Positions 23,460 to 36,230 are shown, counted from the first letter of the whole stretch. The stretch: DNA of 63,910 bases, filler included, from Stramenopiles sp. TOSAG23-2 (GCA_900128395.1; 3 parts of 3 records of this genome joined end to end with filler, not necessarily neighbours in it); one strand, 5' to 3'. The notes: generated from the sequence alone by a model not told the origin. Translations and numbers: made by a program.

Positions 23460-25589
23460 CATTTCATTTATAATTTCCTCAACTTTATCGAAATCATCAT
23501 TCTTTCCGTACAGATTAATAAGTGTGCTGTATGTAATAACATTAGGTTTAATATTATTTGATTTCATTTCATTTAAGTATTGTTCAACTTTATCAAAATA
23601 ACCATTTTTACCAAAGATACTAATCAGTGTGTTATATATAAAAATATTAGGTTTAATATTATTTGATTTATCATCAATTTTATCAAAATCGCCATTCTTT
23701 CCAAATACAGAAATTAATGTATTGTGTATAACACCATTCGGTTCAATATTATTTAATTTCATTTCATTCAAATACTCCTCAACTTTATCAAGGTCATTTT
23801 TCTTTCCGTACGCATTAATAAGTGTGCTGTATGTGATAATATTAAGTTCAATATTATTTAATTTCATTTCATTTAAACATTCATCAACTTTATCAAAATC
23901 GCCATTCTTTCCATTTGCAGTTTAATTATATAACATACATATTGGTAGGCCAAGTTATAATAAACATTTCATTTCATTTACGAATTCATCAACTTTATCT
24001 AGGCCACCATTCTTTCCACACGCATCAATTAAAGTGTTGTATGTACGAAGAGTCGGCTCAACATTATTTGATTTCATTTCTTTATAATATTTTTCAACTT
24101 TATTGAACTTCTTCCTCTTCACACATGCGTTAATAAGCATGTTATAGTGAAAAACTTTTGGCTTGATATTTTTTAATTTCATTTCCTTGAAACATTTTTC
24201 AATTTTTTTCACATTGCCTATCTTTGCGTATGCTTTAATCAACGCACTGTATGTACTTTTATTTGGTTTAATATTATTTGATAACATTTCATCTATGTAT
24301 TTCTTAACTGTCTGTATGTCACCATTCTTTCCGTAGAAACTAATCAGTGTGGTATATGTAACAACATCAGGTTTAATATTATTTGATTTCATTTCATTTA
24401 TGTATTCATTAACTTTATCGTAGTCACCATTTTTACCATAGATACTAATCAGTGTGTTATATATAAAAATATTTCCAAATTATAATAAACTAAACATCTC
24501 ATCGACATATTCATCAACTTTAATGTATTCATCATTCTTAGCACATGCATTAATAAGTATACTATACATTGAATTGCTAGGTTTAATATACTTTATTTTC
24601 ATTTCCTTAAAAACATTTTCAATTCCGTTTAAATCGCACTTTTTACCATACATATACATATTAATTAGTATATGGTATGTATAAAAGTCCGGCTCAATGC
24701 CATTCAATTTCATTTCGTTCATATATTCATCAACTTTATCGAAATCACCATTCTTTTGATGAATATTGATTAGTGTGCTGTAAAAATTAGCACGAAGTTC
24801 AATATTATTTGATCTCATTTCATTGATATACTCATCAACTTTATCGAACTCACCATTCTTTCCATATAGATTAATAAGTGTATTGTACATAACACCATTC
24901 GGTTCAATATTATTTGATTTCATTTCGTTGAAAACTGCTTCAACTTTATTGAAATCGCCATGCTTTCCGTACAGATTAATAAGTGTGCTGTATGTAATAA
25001 CATCAGGTTTAATATTATTTGATTTCATTTCATTTAAGTATTGTTCAACTTTAGCAAAATTACCATTCTTTCCATACATATTAATCAGTATGTTATATGT
25101 AAAAATATCAGGTTCAATGTTATTAAGTTTCATTTCATTAAAATATAGTTCAGCATCAGCTATTCTATTCATGCTACTACAACGTTGTAGGAGAATCTTA
25201 TATGTTATAAGAGATATAGGAACTCCATTTTTTTTCATATCTTCAAAAGCTACTGTAAAGTCCTTGTATTTTTTTATGCGTCTAAGTTCCTTATCCTCTT
25301 TTGATACCACATGTTCTTTATCTGTTACAGTATTTGATGAACCAAAAAAATCAAATACAGCACCAGCTTTTTCAGAAAATGTAGTAGAGTATAATCGTTT
25401 ACTATCATGCATTTCATCAACACCAAGTTTATTACTCCCCACCGTAAATAAAAATGGTATTTTGTTATCATAGCGGTGGTTATTAAAGCACTGTTTTTGC
25501 ATTTGATGCATACGATATTCACCTCGAACAATCCTTTTTATTTGCATCCCACCACGTCGTGGCATCATTTTCATTGCAATCCTCATCAT
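23460..25589 (-). CDS. P-class PPR protein, about 17 repeats, mitochondrial-type presequence, 3' truncated by the contig end
   Basis: 35-aa repeats (YNTLINxYGKNGDFDKVxEYxNEMKSNNIKPD). The three listed ORFs are in one frame; all interrupting stops lie inside the two in-place complemented segments. Confidence 0.9.
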
Positions 25590-25858
25590 ATTTACTTCTT
25601 TCCTTTCTATTGTACCAACCAATGTATAAAACGGACCAAAGACGCGCTCCAACAACACACACACACACAACACACACCTTTCATACATAATTTTTCTATA
25701 TTACATAATTTTTCCACGTGAAAATCGAAGTAATGTTTGAAAAGAAGAGCAGCTGGCAAGTACCAACGAACAGTACTATTTACCTGTTGTTGGTTAGCAT
25801 TGACATAGCATTAAAATCACAAATTTCAGAGTTTCATAAGTGGTTGAACCGTTTTAAG

Positions 25859-27080
25859 TTACCAAACTGACTATTTAGAGTGAATAGTAACAATAATATC
25901 CGATAATCAGTAATTATTGACTATATCCAGGATATTATTCAATGATTATTTTTAGATGATTAAAATTCCTGAAATGTTATTGATTTTTTTAAGGCAAAAT
26001 CCATCGCCATCACCTCATGACAAAAGCAGCATCAATATTATTGGATGTGAACACACACATTTGTATCTAAAAAATAATACATATCTCCTAATGGTGCGAA
26101 ATGAGCAATCATCTGGCAATAACATATCAATTTATCTTAGGCCGAACAAACAAGATATAATTAAGTTACCAAACTGACTATTTAGAGTGAATAGTAACAA
26201 TAATATCCGATAATAAATAATTATTGACTATATCTAGGAGATTATTCAATGATTATTTTTAGATGAAAAATTCCTGAAATGTTATTGATTTAAGGCAAAT
26301 TTGTATCTAAAAAATAATACATATCTCCTAATGGTGCGAAATGAGCAATCATCTGGCAATAACATATCAATTTATCTTAGGCCGAACAAACAAGATATAA
26401 GACGATTGAAATATATAAAATATCAACAACAAAAATATATATAAGTGTTTTGTAGATCGTACCTTTATACAATTTGAAACAAAAACCCACTTGAATTGGA
26501 AGAAAAAAGATATATAAATATACTTTTGGAAGATACGTATTAATAACAAATAAGCAACAAAACAATTTGGGAAAATAATAACAAATAATAATAACAAAAT
26601 AATATCATGAAATCTGATCGGGCCAGTAACCTCCTTCCTTTAGTATTGCTCCTTGCAATTATAACAACAACTGTAGTAGTTGAAAATGTATACGCACAAT
26701 CAGATAAAAAACAAACTGCACCATCCGAACGTGTAATGATAAATAATGAATTGGAACAAATAAGTGTTTTGTAGATCGTACCTTTATACAATTTGAAACA
26801 AAAACCCACTTGAATTGTAAGAAAAAAGATATATTAAATATACTTTTGGAAGAGACGTATTAATAACAAATAAGCACAAAAACATTTTTTTGGGAAAATA
26901 ATAACAAATAATAATAACAAAATAATACCATGAAATCTGATCGAACCATTAACATCCTCCCTTTAGTATTGCTCCTTGCAATTATAACAACAACTGTAGT
27001 AGTTGAAAATATATATGCACAATCAGATGAAAAACAAACTGCACCATCCGAACGTGTAATGATAAATAATGAATTGGAAC
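25859..27080. repeat. Nested local duplications (about 300-320 bp periods)
   Basis: 25859-26000 recurs near 26166, 26060-26160 recurs near 26300, and 26441-26760 recurs at 26761-27080 with several substitutions. Confidence 0.85.
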
Positions 27081-27874
27081 AAATACCTGAATTATTTACA
27101 TATACAAAATGGGAAGATAATAAAAGGAAAGGAAACCGAGGGGAAATAAATTTGAAAAACAAACTGCACCATCCGAACGTGTAATGATAAATAATGAATT
27201 GGAACAAATACCTGAATTATTTACATATACAAAATGGGAAGATAATAGCCCAACTGTTTTAATTGCAGCAGCTAATGCACTTGCTGATTACCATGCCCTC
27301 GCTGTGCCACATTTAGCAGATGATAAAGATTATACCTCACAAAGTAAATATTTGACTGATGCCATGAATACTATTATTGGACAAATGGATAAATTCAATC
27401 TAAAACGAGATAAAAAGTCGGTGCAAATCATTGTAGATTTTAAAGATATTATCAGTAAATTATATTCAAAATTAAATGAATGGCCAACAACTATGGTATG
27501 GAGCTCTGCTGAAAGGGTAAAGGAAGACGGACCAGCAAGAATTCCGGAGGATAAGCTTTTAGTACATCGAGGATTTGACATTGCAAACTTCTTTTTAAGT
27601 GAAGTTATAGGTGATAGTTTAAACTTTGAAGTACAACAAGCAGTTAAATTGATGAAACGAACGAAGGAAAAACAGGAAAGTACTTTATTATGACATTGCA
27701 AACTTCTTTTTAAGTGAAGTTATAGGTGATAGTTTAAACTTTGAAGTACAACAAGCAGTTAAATTGATGAAACGAACGAAGGAAAAACAGGAAAGTACTT
27801 TATTAAATTTAGCACATAAACAAAGAGCAGTGGAGCTATTTGCTTCGGAATCAGAACCAAAATCGGAGTTGTAA
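26930..27874 (+). CDS. Secretory-pathway protein of unknown function ending in KSEL, broken by two local duplications
   Basis: Signal peptide ILPLVLLLAIITTTVVV. Removing the duplicated inserts near 27121-27240 and 27692-27804 gives one ORF ending ...ESEPKSEL*. Confidence 0.7.
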
Positions 27875-28063
27875 TAAAAGGAAAGGAAACCGAGGGGAAA
27901 TAAATTTGACCTGAACCTTTGTAATTAATGCTGTGTCACTAAATACAAATTTGTTGTGCAGTGTTGGTGTGTGTGTGTGTGTGTGTGTGTGCACGTTTTT
28001 TAAAAAAATTAATATCATATATAAATTATATATATTCTGAGTTTTAAAGAGACTCAGGATGTT

Positions 28064-28315
28064 GTGAGCTTTGTTGGGCGCGAAATACAACTAACGAAGG
28101 ACTATACAACAGGTAATGCAACATTTAAACAAGGAAGTAGAGGGACAGTTATTGAGGTGCCCTCCCGTAAGGATGGAAAATTGAAAGTTAAATTGGATAA
28201 CGACAATGAGAAAACATTTAGATTGATTAAAGAATGTGATTTACAACTTTATGAAGGAGGACCTCTTTCATCTAGCTCTGAATCACAGACAGCGGAAACA
28301 TCTTTTGAATACTAA
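28064..28315 (+). CDS. Possible terminal exon or gene fragment with an SH3/KOW-like beta barrel
   Basis: VGREIQLTKDY...FKQGSRGTVIEV...LKVKLD pattern; no ATG start. Confidence 0.35.
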   Translation: MSFVGREIQLTKDYTTGNATFKQGSRGTVIEVPSRKDGKLKVKLDNDNEKTFRLIKECDLQLYEGGPLSSSSESQTAETSFEY

Positions 28316-28742
28316 ATAATTTTTACCAAAATTTATAAATCATTTTCGATTTGAGATGTTAATAAACGGGAGTAAAAGAATTTTATATAACATATGAGTA
28401 AGAGAAAAACACATATATATAATATGATAATATCCTTTTTTACCTCATCGGTAATTTTCTGTTACAGGAAATTACTAGGTATTGACACATTTTTATGAGA
28501 TTAGACTATCATATTAATAATTTAATAATTTGGGCCCAAGTCACTGTATTTCTTTTGAGAGTAGGAATTGTCATGAGTAGGGAAAATTAAAAAATTAAAA
28601 TTTACGTGTGTGTTAAATACATTTTACGAAGTAATTATTAAAAAATCCTTTATCTCTCTGATTTTTACGAGTAATTTACGCGCGTGTAAAAACACTTATT
28701 TTTATATTTTTCGTAATATTTCATATTTTTTCTCTCTCGCGC

Positions 28743-30462
28743 TCAAAAAATATCCTTTATCAATGATATGAATGATGATCGCTTATCAACTTTTCTATCT
28801 TTTGGTTTTTTTTTTTTCAATTCTTTTTTTTCTCTTTGTGTTGGTGTTTTGACTTCTTCCAAATTAGTGATGTATTGTCGATGTTTTTTATGGATTGTTT
28901 CTAATTTAGAAATATCTGAATCTTTTGCTTCGATTTGTTTTTCTAATGACTTAATATATTCATTTTTATGGTTATAATTTTCTTTATAACCGATATAGTT
29001 TAATGTGTTCTTGATAAACTGGTCCTGTTCGACGCCGTTCTTCTTCATCTCTTTTAAGTAGTTTTTTACCTTTTTGAAACTCTTGTTCTTACCGTAGGAA
29101 ACAAGTAATGTATTGTATATATGCGAATTTAGACTTATGCCATTCTTCTTCATCTCAGAAACATACATCTCCACCTCTTCGAATTGTTTTTTTTTTCCAA
29201 GTACATAAAGTAATGAATTGTAATGATACACGTCTGGTTCAAGATTCTTTGCTTCCTTCATTTCATTGAAATACTTTTTCGTGTCTTCCAAATTTCCACT
29301 TTTAGCACAACGGTTAAGGACAATACCGTATGTTTTGGTGGTAATGGAAATGTCTCTCTTTTTCATGTCTTCAAAAGCTAATATAATATTCTTATATCTT
29401 CTTATCTTCCTTAGTATCATATCGTTATCTGATGACGTAACTTCTGTGCAAGTCTGGAAATTAAAATTTCCACCCATTTTATTTCCCTTGCGCAATTTAT
29501 CTCGCGTTAATGTATTATATGTAACATGATTTGGTTTAATACCATTTAATTTCATTTCCTGTAAACATTCATCAACTTTAGCAAAATCGCCATGCTTTCC
29601 ATACAGATTAACTAGTGTGTTGTGTGTGACAATATTCTGTTTCACATTATTTGATTTCATTTCACTTAAATATTCATCAATTTTAGCAAAATTACCATTC
29701 TTTCCATATGCAGAAATTAATATATTGTATGTATAACAATCCGGTTCAATATTATTTGATTTCATTTCATTCAAATACTTCTCAACTTTATTGATTTCAT
29801 TACTCCTTGAAAATCTATTAATTAATATATTATATGTAATAACATTAGGTTTAATTTTCTTAAGTTTCATTTCATTAAAATATAGGTCTACTTTTATTGA
29901 TTTCATTACTCCTTGAAAATCTATTAATTAATATATTATATGTAATAACATTAGGTTTAATTTTCTTAAGTTTCATTTCATTAAAATATAGGTCTACTTC
30001 GTCTACTTTACTCATTCTACCGCAACGGTGAAGGAGAATATTGTATGTTACGACAGTAAGAGGTATTCCATTTTTTTTCATATCTTCAAATGCTAATTTA
30101 AATTTGTTGTAATTATTTATCGCCATGAGTTTTTTATCTTCCTCTGATGCACCAGTAAGTAGTCCTATATTCTTATCACTTGGGCTATTTAAATTATTTT
30201 TATTGTTTAAATCATTTGATATACCAAAAACATCAAGCACAGTACCAATTTTTTCAGAAAATGTAGAGTACAATCGTTTACTATTATATTGTTCATTTAC
30301 ATCACTTCCCAGTATCAATAATTCTTGTTGTTTTCTACCTAGCCCAGCATGATGGTTGTATAAAAATTGTTTTTGTATTTGACTTATATGATTATATCGG
30401 GGCATCTGTTTCATTTGCCTTCCACCATGTCGTGGCATCATTTTCATCGCTATCCTCATCAT
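28743..30462 (-). CDS. Second PPR protein, paralogue of 23460-25589, with a C-terminal coiled coil
   Basis: Same N-terminus (MMRIAMKMMPR, SKRLYST) and PPR repeats. A 106-bp duplication (29787-29892 / 29893-29998) explains the frameshift between the two ORFs. Confidence 0.88.
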
Positions 30463-30995
30463 CTTGTCCACTCAAGAAGAACAAAAGATCCAAAAAATAC
30501 GTATAAGATATAACAGGCACACAACGTACATATATTAACATATTTCCTATATTCATTCATTCTCGTTCTTATTTATTGTTTTACTTTTGTATTTAATACG
30601 TGCAATACCGTATACAGTAGCTCTATCACATAATAACCATTTATTATTATTATTTTTTCAATTATAAAAAAAAAAAAAAAAAAGTTCGCATTTTTTTATT
30701 TTTGTTCGCCTGCTAAGGCCTGCTGTGTAGTGTTATTTTTTTCTTCCATAAAAAAATCGTCCAACACCACCACCAACATAATAAATACATATATCTCTCC
30801 AGCTCTCTCCCTTTTGTGGTAAACATGTAAAAATGGAGATAGAGAGATAGATATTGTATATTTTACTTGAAAGATAATAGTATTCCTGACAATATACGAT
30901 CACAAAGTACATAGCAGTAACAATATATAACTCCCGATAATCCCCGACAATAAATCAATTTTGCATATATATAAACAAAATAAATTTGGAGAAAC

Positions 30996-32171
30996 ATGTC
31001 ATATACAGTCCCAATGAATGAAAATAATAATAATGAACAAAATAATGAAATAAACAGCAGTCAAGGAAATACCGTTGAGGATTTACCATCGTTCTTAAAA
31101 GCTACGGTCATAAGACATGGAAATCCTATATTTCGAAAACTGTTAGTAGTGATAATCGCTTTGGGGGGACTTCATCATATATTTATGTGGTCGCAAATAA
31201 CGCAATCTGTTGCTGCTGGGATTATTATATATATTTTGTTTTGTGCGAGTGCTTTGGTGGAATTTTTTACACCACCAAATTTCTCACACGGCTTCTTTTT
31301 AGAAATTCTTTTATTGGATATGAAAAAAGCTGAAAAAATAAATACTGAAATTAAAAATAGCATATATGGAAATTTGGTTATCATGGGTATCATAATAATG
31401 CCTGCATTTATTTATGTGTTTATTTTTCCATTTGCACAAAGTCAAATGCTTGGATCAAATACATTTGTAATTACTGTATCAGGTACAATTATTAGTTATA
31501 TTATGGGAATTATTATATGTATTTATGGTATAGGCACTAGCCTTTTAGTTCCGATGCTTACACCTATTTGGGAAGCTAAAGTGAAAGCATATTTGAAAAG
31601 GGTTCGTGAAATTTTAATTATGGAAAATAATGAAATAAATATGGAAAATGGAAAAGAGAAGATTGACTATATCGTGAATGAATTATCAAATGAGCAAATT
31701 AAAATTGATACGTTTGCGTCAAAAATGTCAAAAGGTTTGAGTCCATATTACTCATCGATGATCATTATTTGCACTTTGTTTGTTGTGGTGTCTGCCGTTT
31801 TTGTAATCACGCCAACCCTTGGAAGCGGTGCACGCATAAATATTATTATTGTTTTCTCTCTGATGGGTTTAATGATGCTTTATTGGTTATATGTTACTTT
31901 ACAAGGTCTTTCTCAACCAAGCCGTATTTGGGAAGAAACAAAATCGAAATTATTATCAGATGCAAAAATTCAACAAGCTAAGATAAATCTGGGGTGGACA
32001 CCAGAAATTTTTAATGAATGGATAGATAATCATCAATGCAAAGGATTAAAAGCATTTGGTTTTCATGTCACATCTGCTATTGTTCGTAAAGGATTTTCAG
32101 CATTTGCATCTGTGCTTACAATTGCAGTCTATTTTCTAGCTCGTGAAGAATTAAGAGGAATGTTGTCGTGA
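30996..32171 (+). CDS. Multi-pass membrane protein resembling gustatory-receptor-like (GRL/7TMIC, DUF3537-like) proteins
   Basis: 391 aa with about 7 hydrophobic segments, a long helical loop between TM4 and TM5, and C-terminal GLKAFGFHVTSAIVRKGFSAFASVLTIAVYFL. Confidence 0.6.
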   Translation: MSYTVPMNENNNNEQNNEINSSQGNTVEDLPSFLKATVIRHGNPIFRKLLVVIIALGGLHHIFMWSQITQSVAAGIIIYILFCASALVEFFTPPNFSHGFFLEILLLDMKKAEKINTEIKNSIYGNLVIMGIIIMPAFIYVFIFPFAQSQMLGSNTFVITVSGTIISYIMGIIICIYGIGTSLLVPMLTPIWEAKVKAYLKRVREILIMENNEINMENGKEKIDYIVNELSNEQIKIDTFASKMSKGLSPYYSSMIIICTLFVVVSAVFVITPTLGSGARINIIIVFSLMGLMMLYWLYVTLQGLSQPSRIWEETKSKLLSDAKIQQAKINLGWTPEIFNEWIDNHQCKGLKAFGFHVTSAIVRKGFSAFASVLTIAVYFLAREELRGMLS

Positions 32172-32199
32172 GTAGCTAGTACCGAATGTAGTGGTGAGG

Positions 32200-35100
32200 T
32201 AGATTAAAATATTATTTATTGTATAATTCTTATCGTGATTATTTTATAATTACAGCGCTACATACTAATACCATTGCTAATCGCATATTTTCCATTAAAT
32301 TTCTATAAAATCATCATTTTCAGCTTTTATTATCTAAATTTTAATATTTCATTGTTATGATGATGGATTTTTCATTTCATTACAAGAAAACAAAGGAAAA
32401 ACATTGAAAATACCTTTTTAAACTTAGGCTCCACTAGTATACTATTTTTCCTATCAATTGGCAAAATAATTTTGACATTTCACGTTTTCAGAAATTAGGG
32501 ATAGAAGAATTTCTGGCATCAAATTTATACATTAAAATTTGTACTTAAATAAATTATTAATTTACAGAAATGACTAAAATAAACTATAAAATTCATAGAA
32601 ATCATGAAATTATAAAAATATCCATTTTTTAAAACACAAAATACATATAAAAATTACATCGTCATTTTAACAAATTCATCCTTTTCTTAAAATTAGATAT
32701 AAATACGATCTTCATAGAAATCATTAAATTATAAAAATATCCATTTTTTAAAACACAAAATACATGAAAAAATTACATCGTCATTTTAACAATTTCATCC
32801 TTTTCATAAAATTACATATTAATACCACTAATATGAAATCATACAAAATATCATATTTTAGATGGAAATTCACTTTTTTACATAATGGAAATATCATTTT
32901 TTACATAAATTGTAAATATCGTTTTTGGAATATTGAAACCTATCAATAATTTAGTATAATATTTTTGTACTAAAAAGTGTAAGACAGAGTCGACACTACA
33001 TGTGAAAATCACCTATCAAGTAGAGTTACAGCTATAGGGTTACGCGTTTTTTTCAACTTTTAACGGTTATTCAAATATGAAGTAGATACAGAAATAATAA
33101 CATACCTTGTATATTTATTACTAATCATATATAAATTCATCGTAGATACTTGTTTTGCGAAAGTTATGTACATATGAATACCACCAAATATGATATCATT
33201 ACAAAATATCATATTTTAGATGGAAATTCACTTTTTTACATAAATTGTAAATATCATTTTTGGAAGATTTATTGCTATATTTAATCCTATCAAAATACAG
33301 TATAATACTTTTGTACTAAATAGTGTAAGAAGAGCCGACACTACGAGTGAAAAATACCTATCAAGTAGAGTTACAGCTATAGGGTTACGCGTTTTTTTCA
33401 ACTTTTAACGGTTATTCAAATATGAAGTAGATACAGGAATATTGATATATCTCGTAAATTTATTACTAATCATATATAAATTGATCGTAGATACTTATTT
33501 TGATAAAGATATGTATGTGTATTTCCAAAAAACTACCTTTTGTAATTTTCAAATTTTCCATTTTTAGTCCAGCCTATGTCCATGCTAATTTCGAAAAAAA
33601 TCACCATTTTGAAAAAAATTCAATACCTTGTCAGTTTCATTTAAAACATAATTAGATCAAAATATTCATGTACATCTTTCCTAAAAAACTACCTTTTGTA
33701 ATTTTCAAATTTTCCATTTTTAGTCCAGCCTATGTACATGCTAATTTCGAAAAAAATCACCATTTTGAAAAAAATTCGTTACCTTGTCAGTTTCATTTAA
33801 AACATAATTAGATCAAAATATTCATGTACTTCTTTCCTTTAGACATGTGTTAAGAGATGTGTCTTATTTCGAATTAATTTGTAGAAGATTTAGATAGAAA
33901 AAATCGACACATTGTATTTTGGTGATATTTCTGAAAAATTTTCAATATTTTGGTGATTTTTTGGGCTATAACCCTAAACTAACCCGATCTTGAAAATCAC
34001 ATATCGGTGTAAAGCTCGACTTATATCCGATGTATGGGCAGGAGAACAGTCAGGGAATGTTTATGGGATCAGTATACGACTTTTAGGTATTGGTTTCAGC
34101 TTTGTATATAATGGGAAAGTGTAGAAATGGCATTTGTGTGAGTGTATGTTGGTGCTGAACGCGAACTTATTTAAAAATGACAGCAATCTTTTTTTGTGTG
34201 TATTTTTAATATATATATATATATTTTAAAAGGAAAATCTATTGTACGCGTGAGTGTGAAATGTTTTTTGAGTTAAAATCTGCCACTACACATATATATT
34301 TGTGGGTACACACGCGATTTAAAAAAATCATTGGTTTCGTAGTGCTAGCATCTCTAACCCTAACGTAAATGATCAAAATGCACGATATTTTTAGTAAACA
34401 AGGTTCTAAGTGTAAACTCCCCAGACCACGACCTAAAGACATTGTATGTGTAATAAGTAACGGATATACAACGTTTCAAAGTCTAAAATGAATAACTTCA
34501 ATGAAAGTTTTCAACCTTTCCTGATTTTCACCATTGTGATGAAAAAAAAATGCACGATATTTTTAGTAAACAAGGTTCTAAGTGTAAACTCCCCAGACCA
34601 CGACCTAAAGACATTGTATGTGTAATAAGTAACGGATATACAACGTTTCAAAGTCTAAAATGAATAACTTCAATGATAGTTTTCAACCTTTCCTGATTTT
34701 CACCATTGTGATGAAAAAGTGCTCTAATACTAACTCCATGCTAATGTACGATTTAAAATTTTTTTTCAGCACTTTTTGTTAAAAACATAATTATACATGT
34801 AAACTCTCGGAGAAAAGTTAAATATATCACCTACGATATAGAACCTACGACATTTTATCAAAATTTTTTATGTTGCATGTTTAAAATGAAGATTTTTAGG
34901 TCCCGTTAAAATTGTTGTGAATGAAAATCGATTTGGATTTTTAGGCCTTTTTCAGGCATGTTAAAATACATTGCAAAATGGGGTATAGTCGATACAATAT
35001 ATCTCAAGTCGATGAAAATATTAATTCAAAAATAGGTTCGATTCTCATTTGTACATGTATAGAGCCAAACTTAAGAGTAAGTTGACGACAACTGAGTGTC

Positions 35101-36230
35101 AGGAACATACTTTACTAACGACGTCTCAATTGCATGTCAAAGTACCCTTACTATGAAATAGGCCTGTAAAACCTTAATAAAAGTGTCCAAAAATGTGCAT
35201 TTTTTAGTGAAAATTTACTTTGGGTCTAGCGTTTCATGTAAATATGATATTTATTTTGGTTGGAGTTTAGAGATACAAGTTATATATATAAAGTAAGGAT
35301 GTGGAACTTTATATGACTTCAAAATGTTGGGGATGATGTTGTGAGACATAATGCAATTTTGATATATTTGATGAAATTTCTCAATTTTCGTACCCACTTT
35401 GGCGGAACTTTTAAAAATGAAAATAAAGGAACATACTTTACTAACGACGTTTCAATTGCATGTCAAAGTACCCTTACTATGAAATAGGCTTGTAAAACCT
35501 TAATAAAAGTGTCCAAAAATGTGCATTTTTTAGTGAAAATTCACTTTGGGTCTAGCGTTTCATGTAAATGTAATATTTATTTTGGTTGGAGTTTAGAGAT
35601 ACAAGTTATATATATAAAGTAAGCATGTGGAAGTTTATATGACTTCAAAATGTTAGGAATGATGTTTGAAGACGTAATGCAAATTTTATATATATGATGA
35701 AATTTCTCAATTTTTGTACCCACTTTGGCGGAACTTTTAAAAATGAAAATATAATTGGCAAAAATATTCGTGTTTGAGGTTTTATAAAATTGTAGTATAA
35801 ATTTTGTAGTCTAATTTACATAATTTTGGCAATATACTTAAAACTTAAGTATGGAGATTTTTTGTTAATTGCTATTGTTTATGAAAATGGTCCTATCAAG
35901 TGTATTTGTCTTCGTGCTGTGTTTATGGTGGAATTAGCATGGAATAGCCCGTTCAGCAATTTTTCTTTGATTTTACGTGTACAAGTATAGCATATTTGTA
36001 GTGTTTGATATGTTTGATAGAATACGTTCAAAACGAGGCATTTTCCTGTAAAAATGAGACGGCTTCGCAAATTGGTGATTTAGTACATTTAGTAATATGG
36101 AAATAGCAGGTGTTATAGATGCGTTAGTTTGGAATAAAATCACAAGTTAAAATTTAGTAATATGGAAATAGCAGGTGTTATAGATGCGTTAGTTTGGAAT
36201 AAAATCACAAGTTAAAATCGTCGACTTTTT
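32200..36230. repeat. About 4-kb ORF-free region made of successive two- to three-copy tandem repeats
   Basis: Periods of about 120 (32592/32711), 345 (33012/33357), 157 (33527/33684), 172 (34375/34547), 327 (35101/35428) and 65 bp (36087/36152). Confidence 0.85.

Noticed and set aside
23900-24500. Stop-codon readthrough or TAA reassignment in the PPR gene
   Set aside because: The stops are fully explained by the complemented segments, and TAA terminates many other genes normally.
33965-34345. Telomere-like ACCCTAA words
   Set aside because: Isolated single copies, no tandem array.
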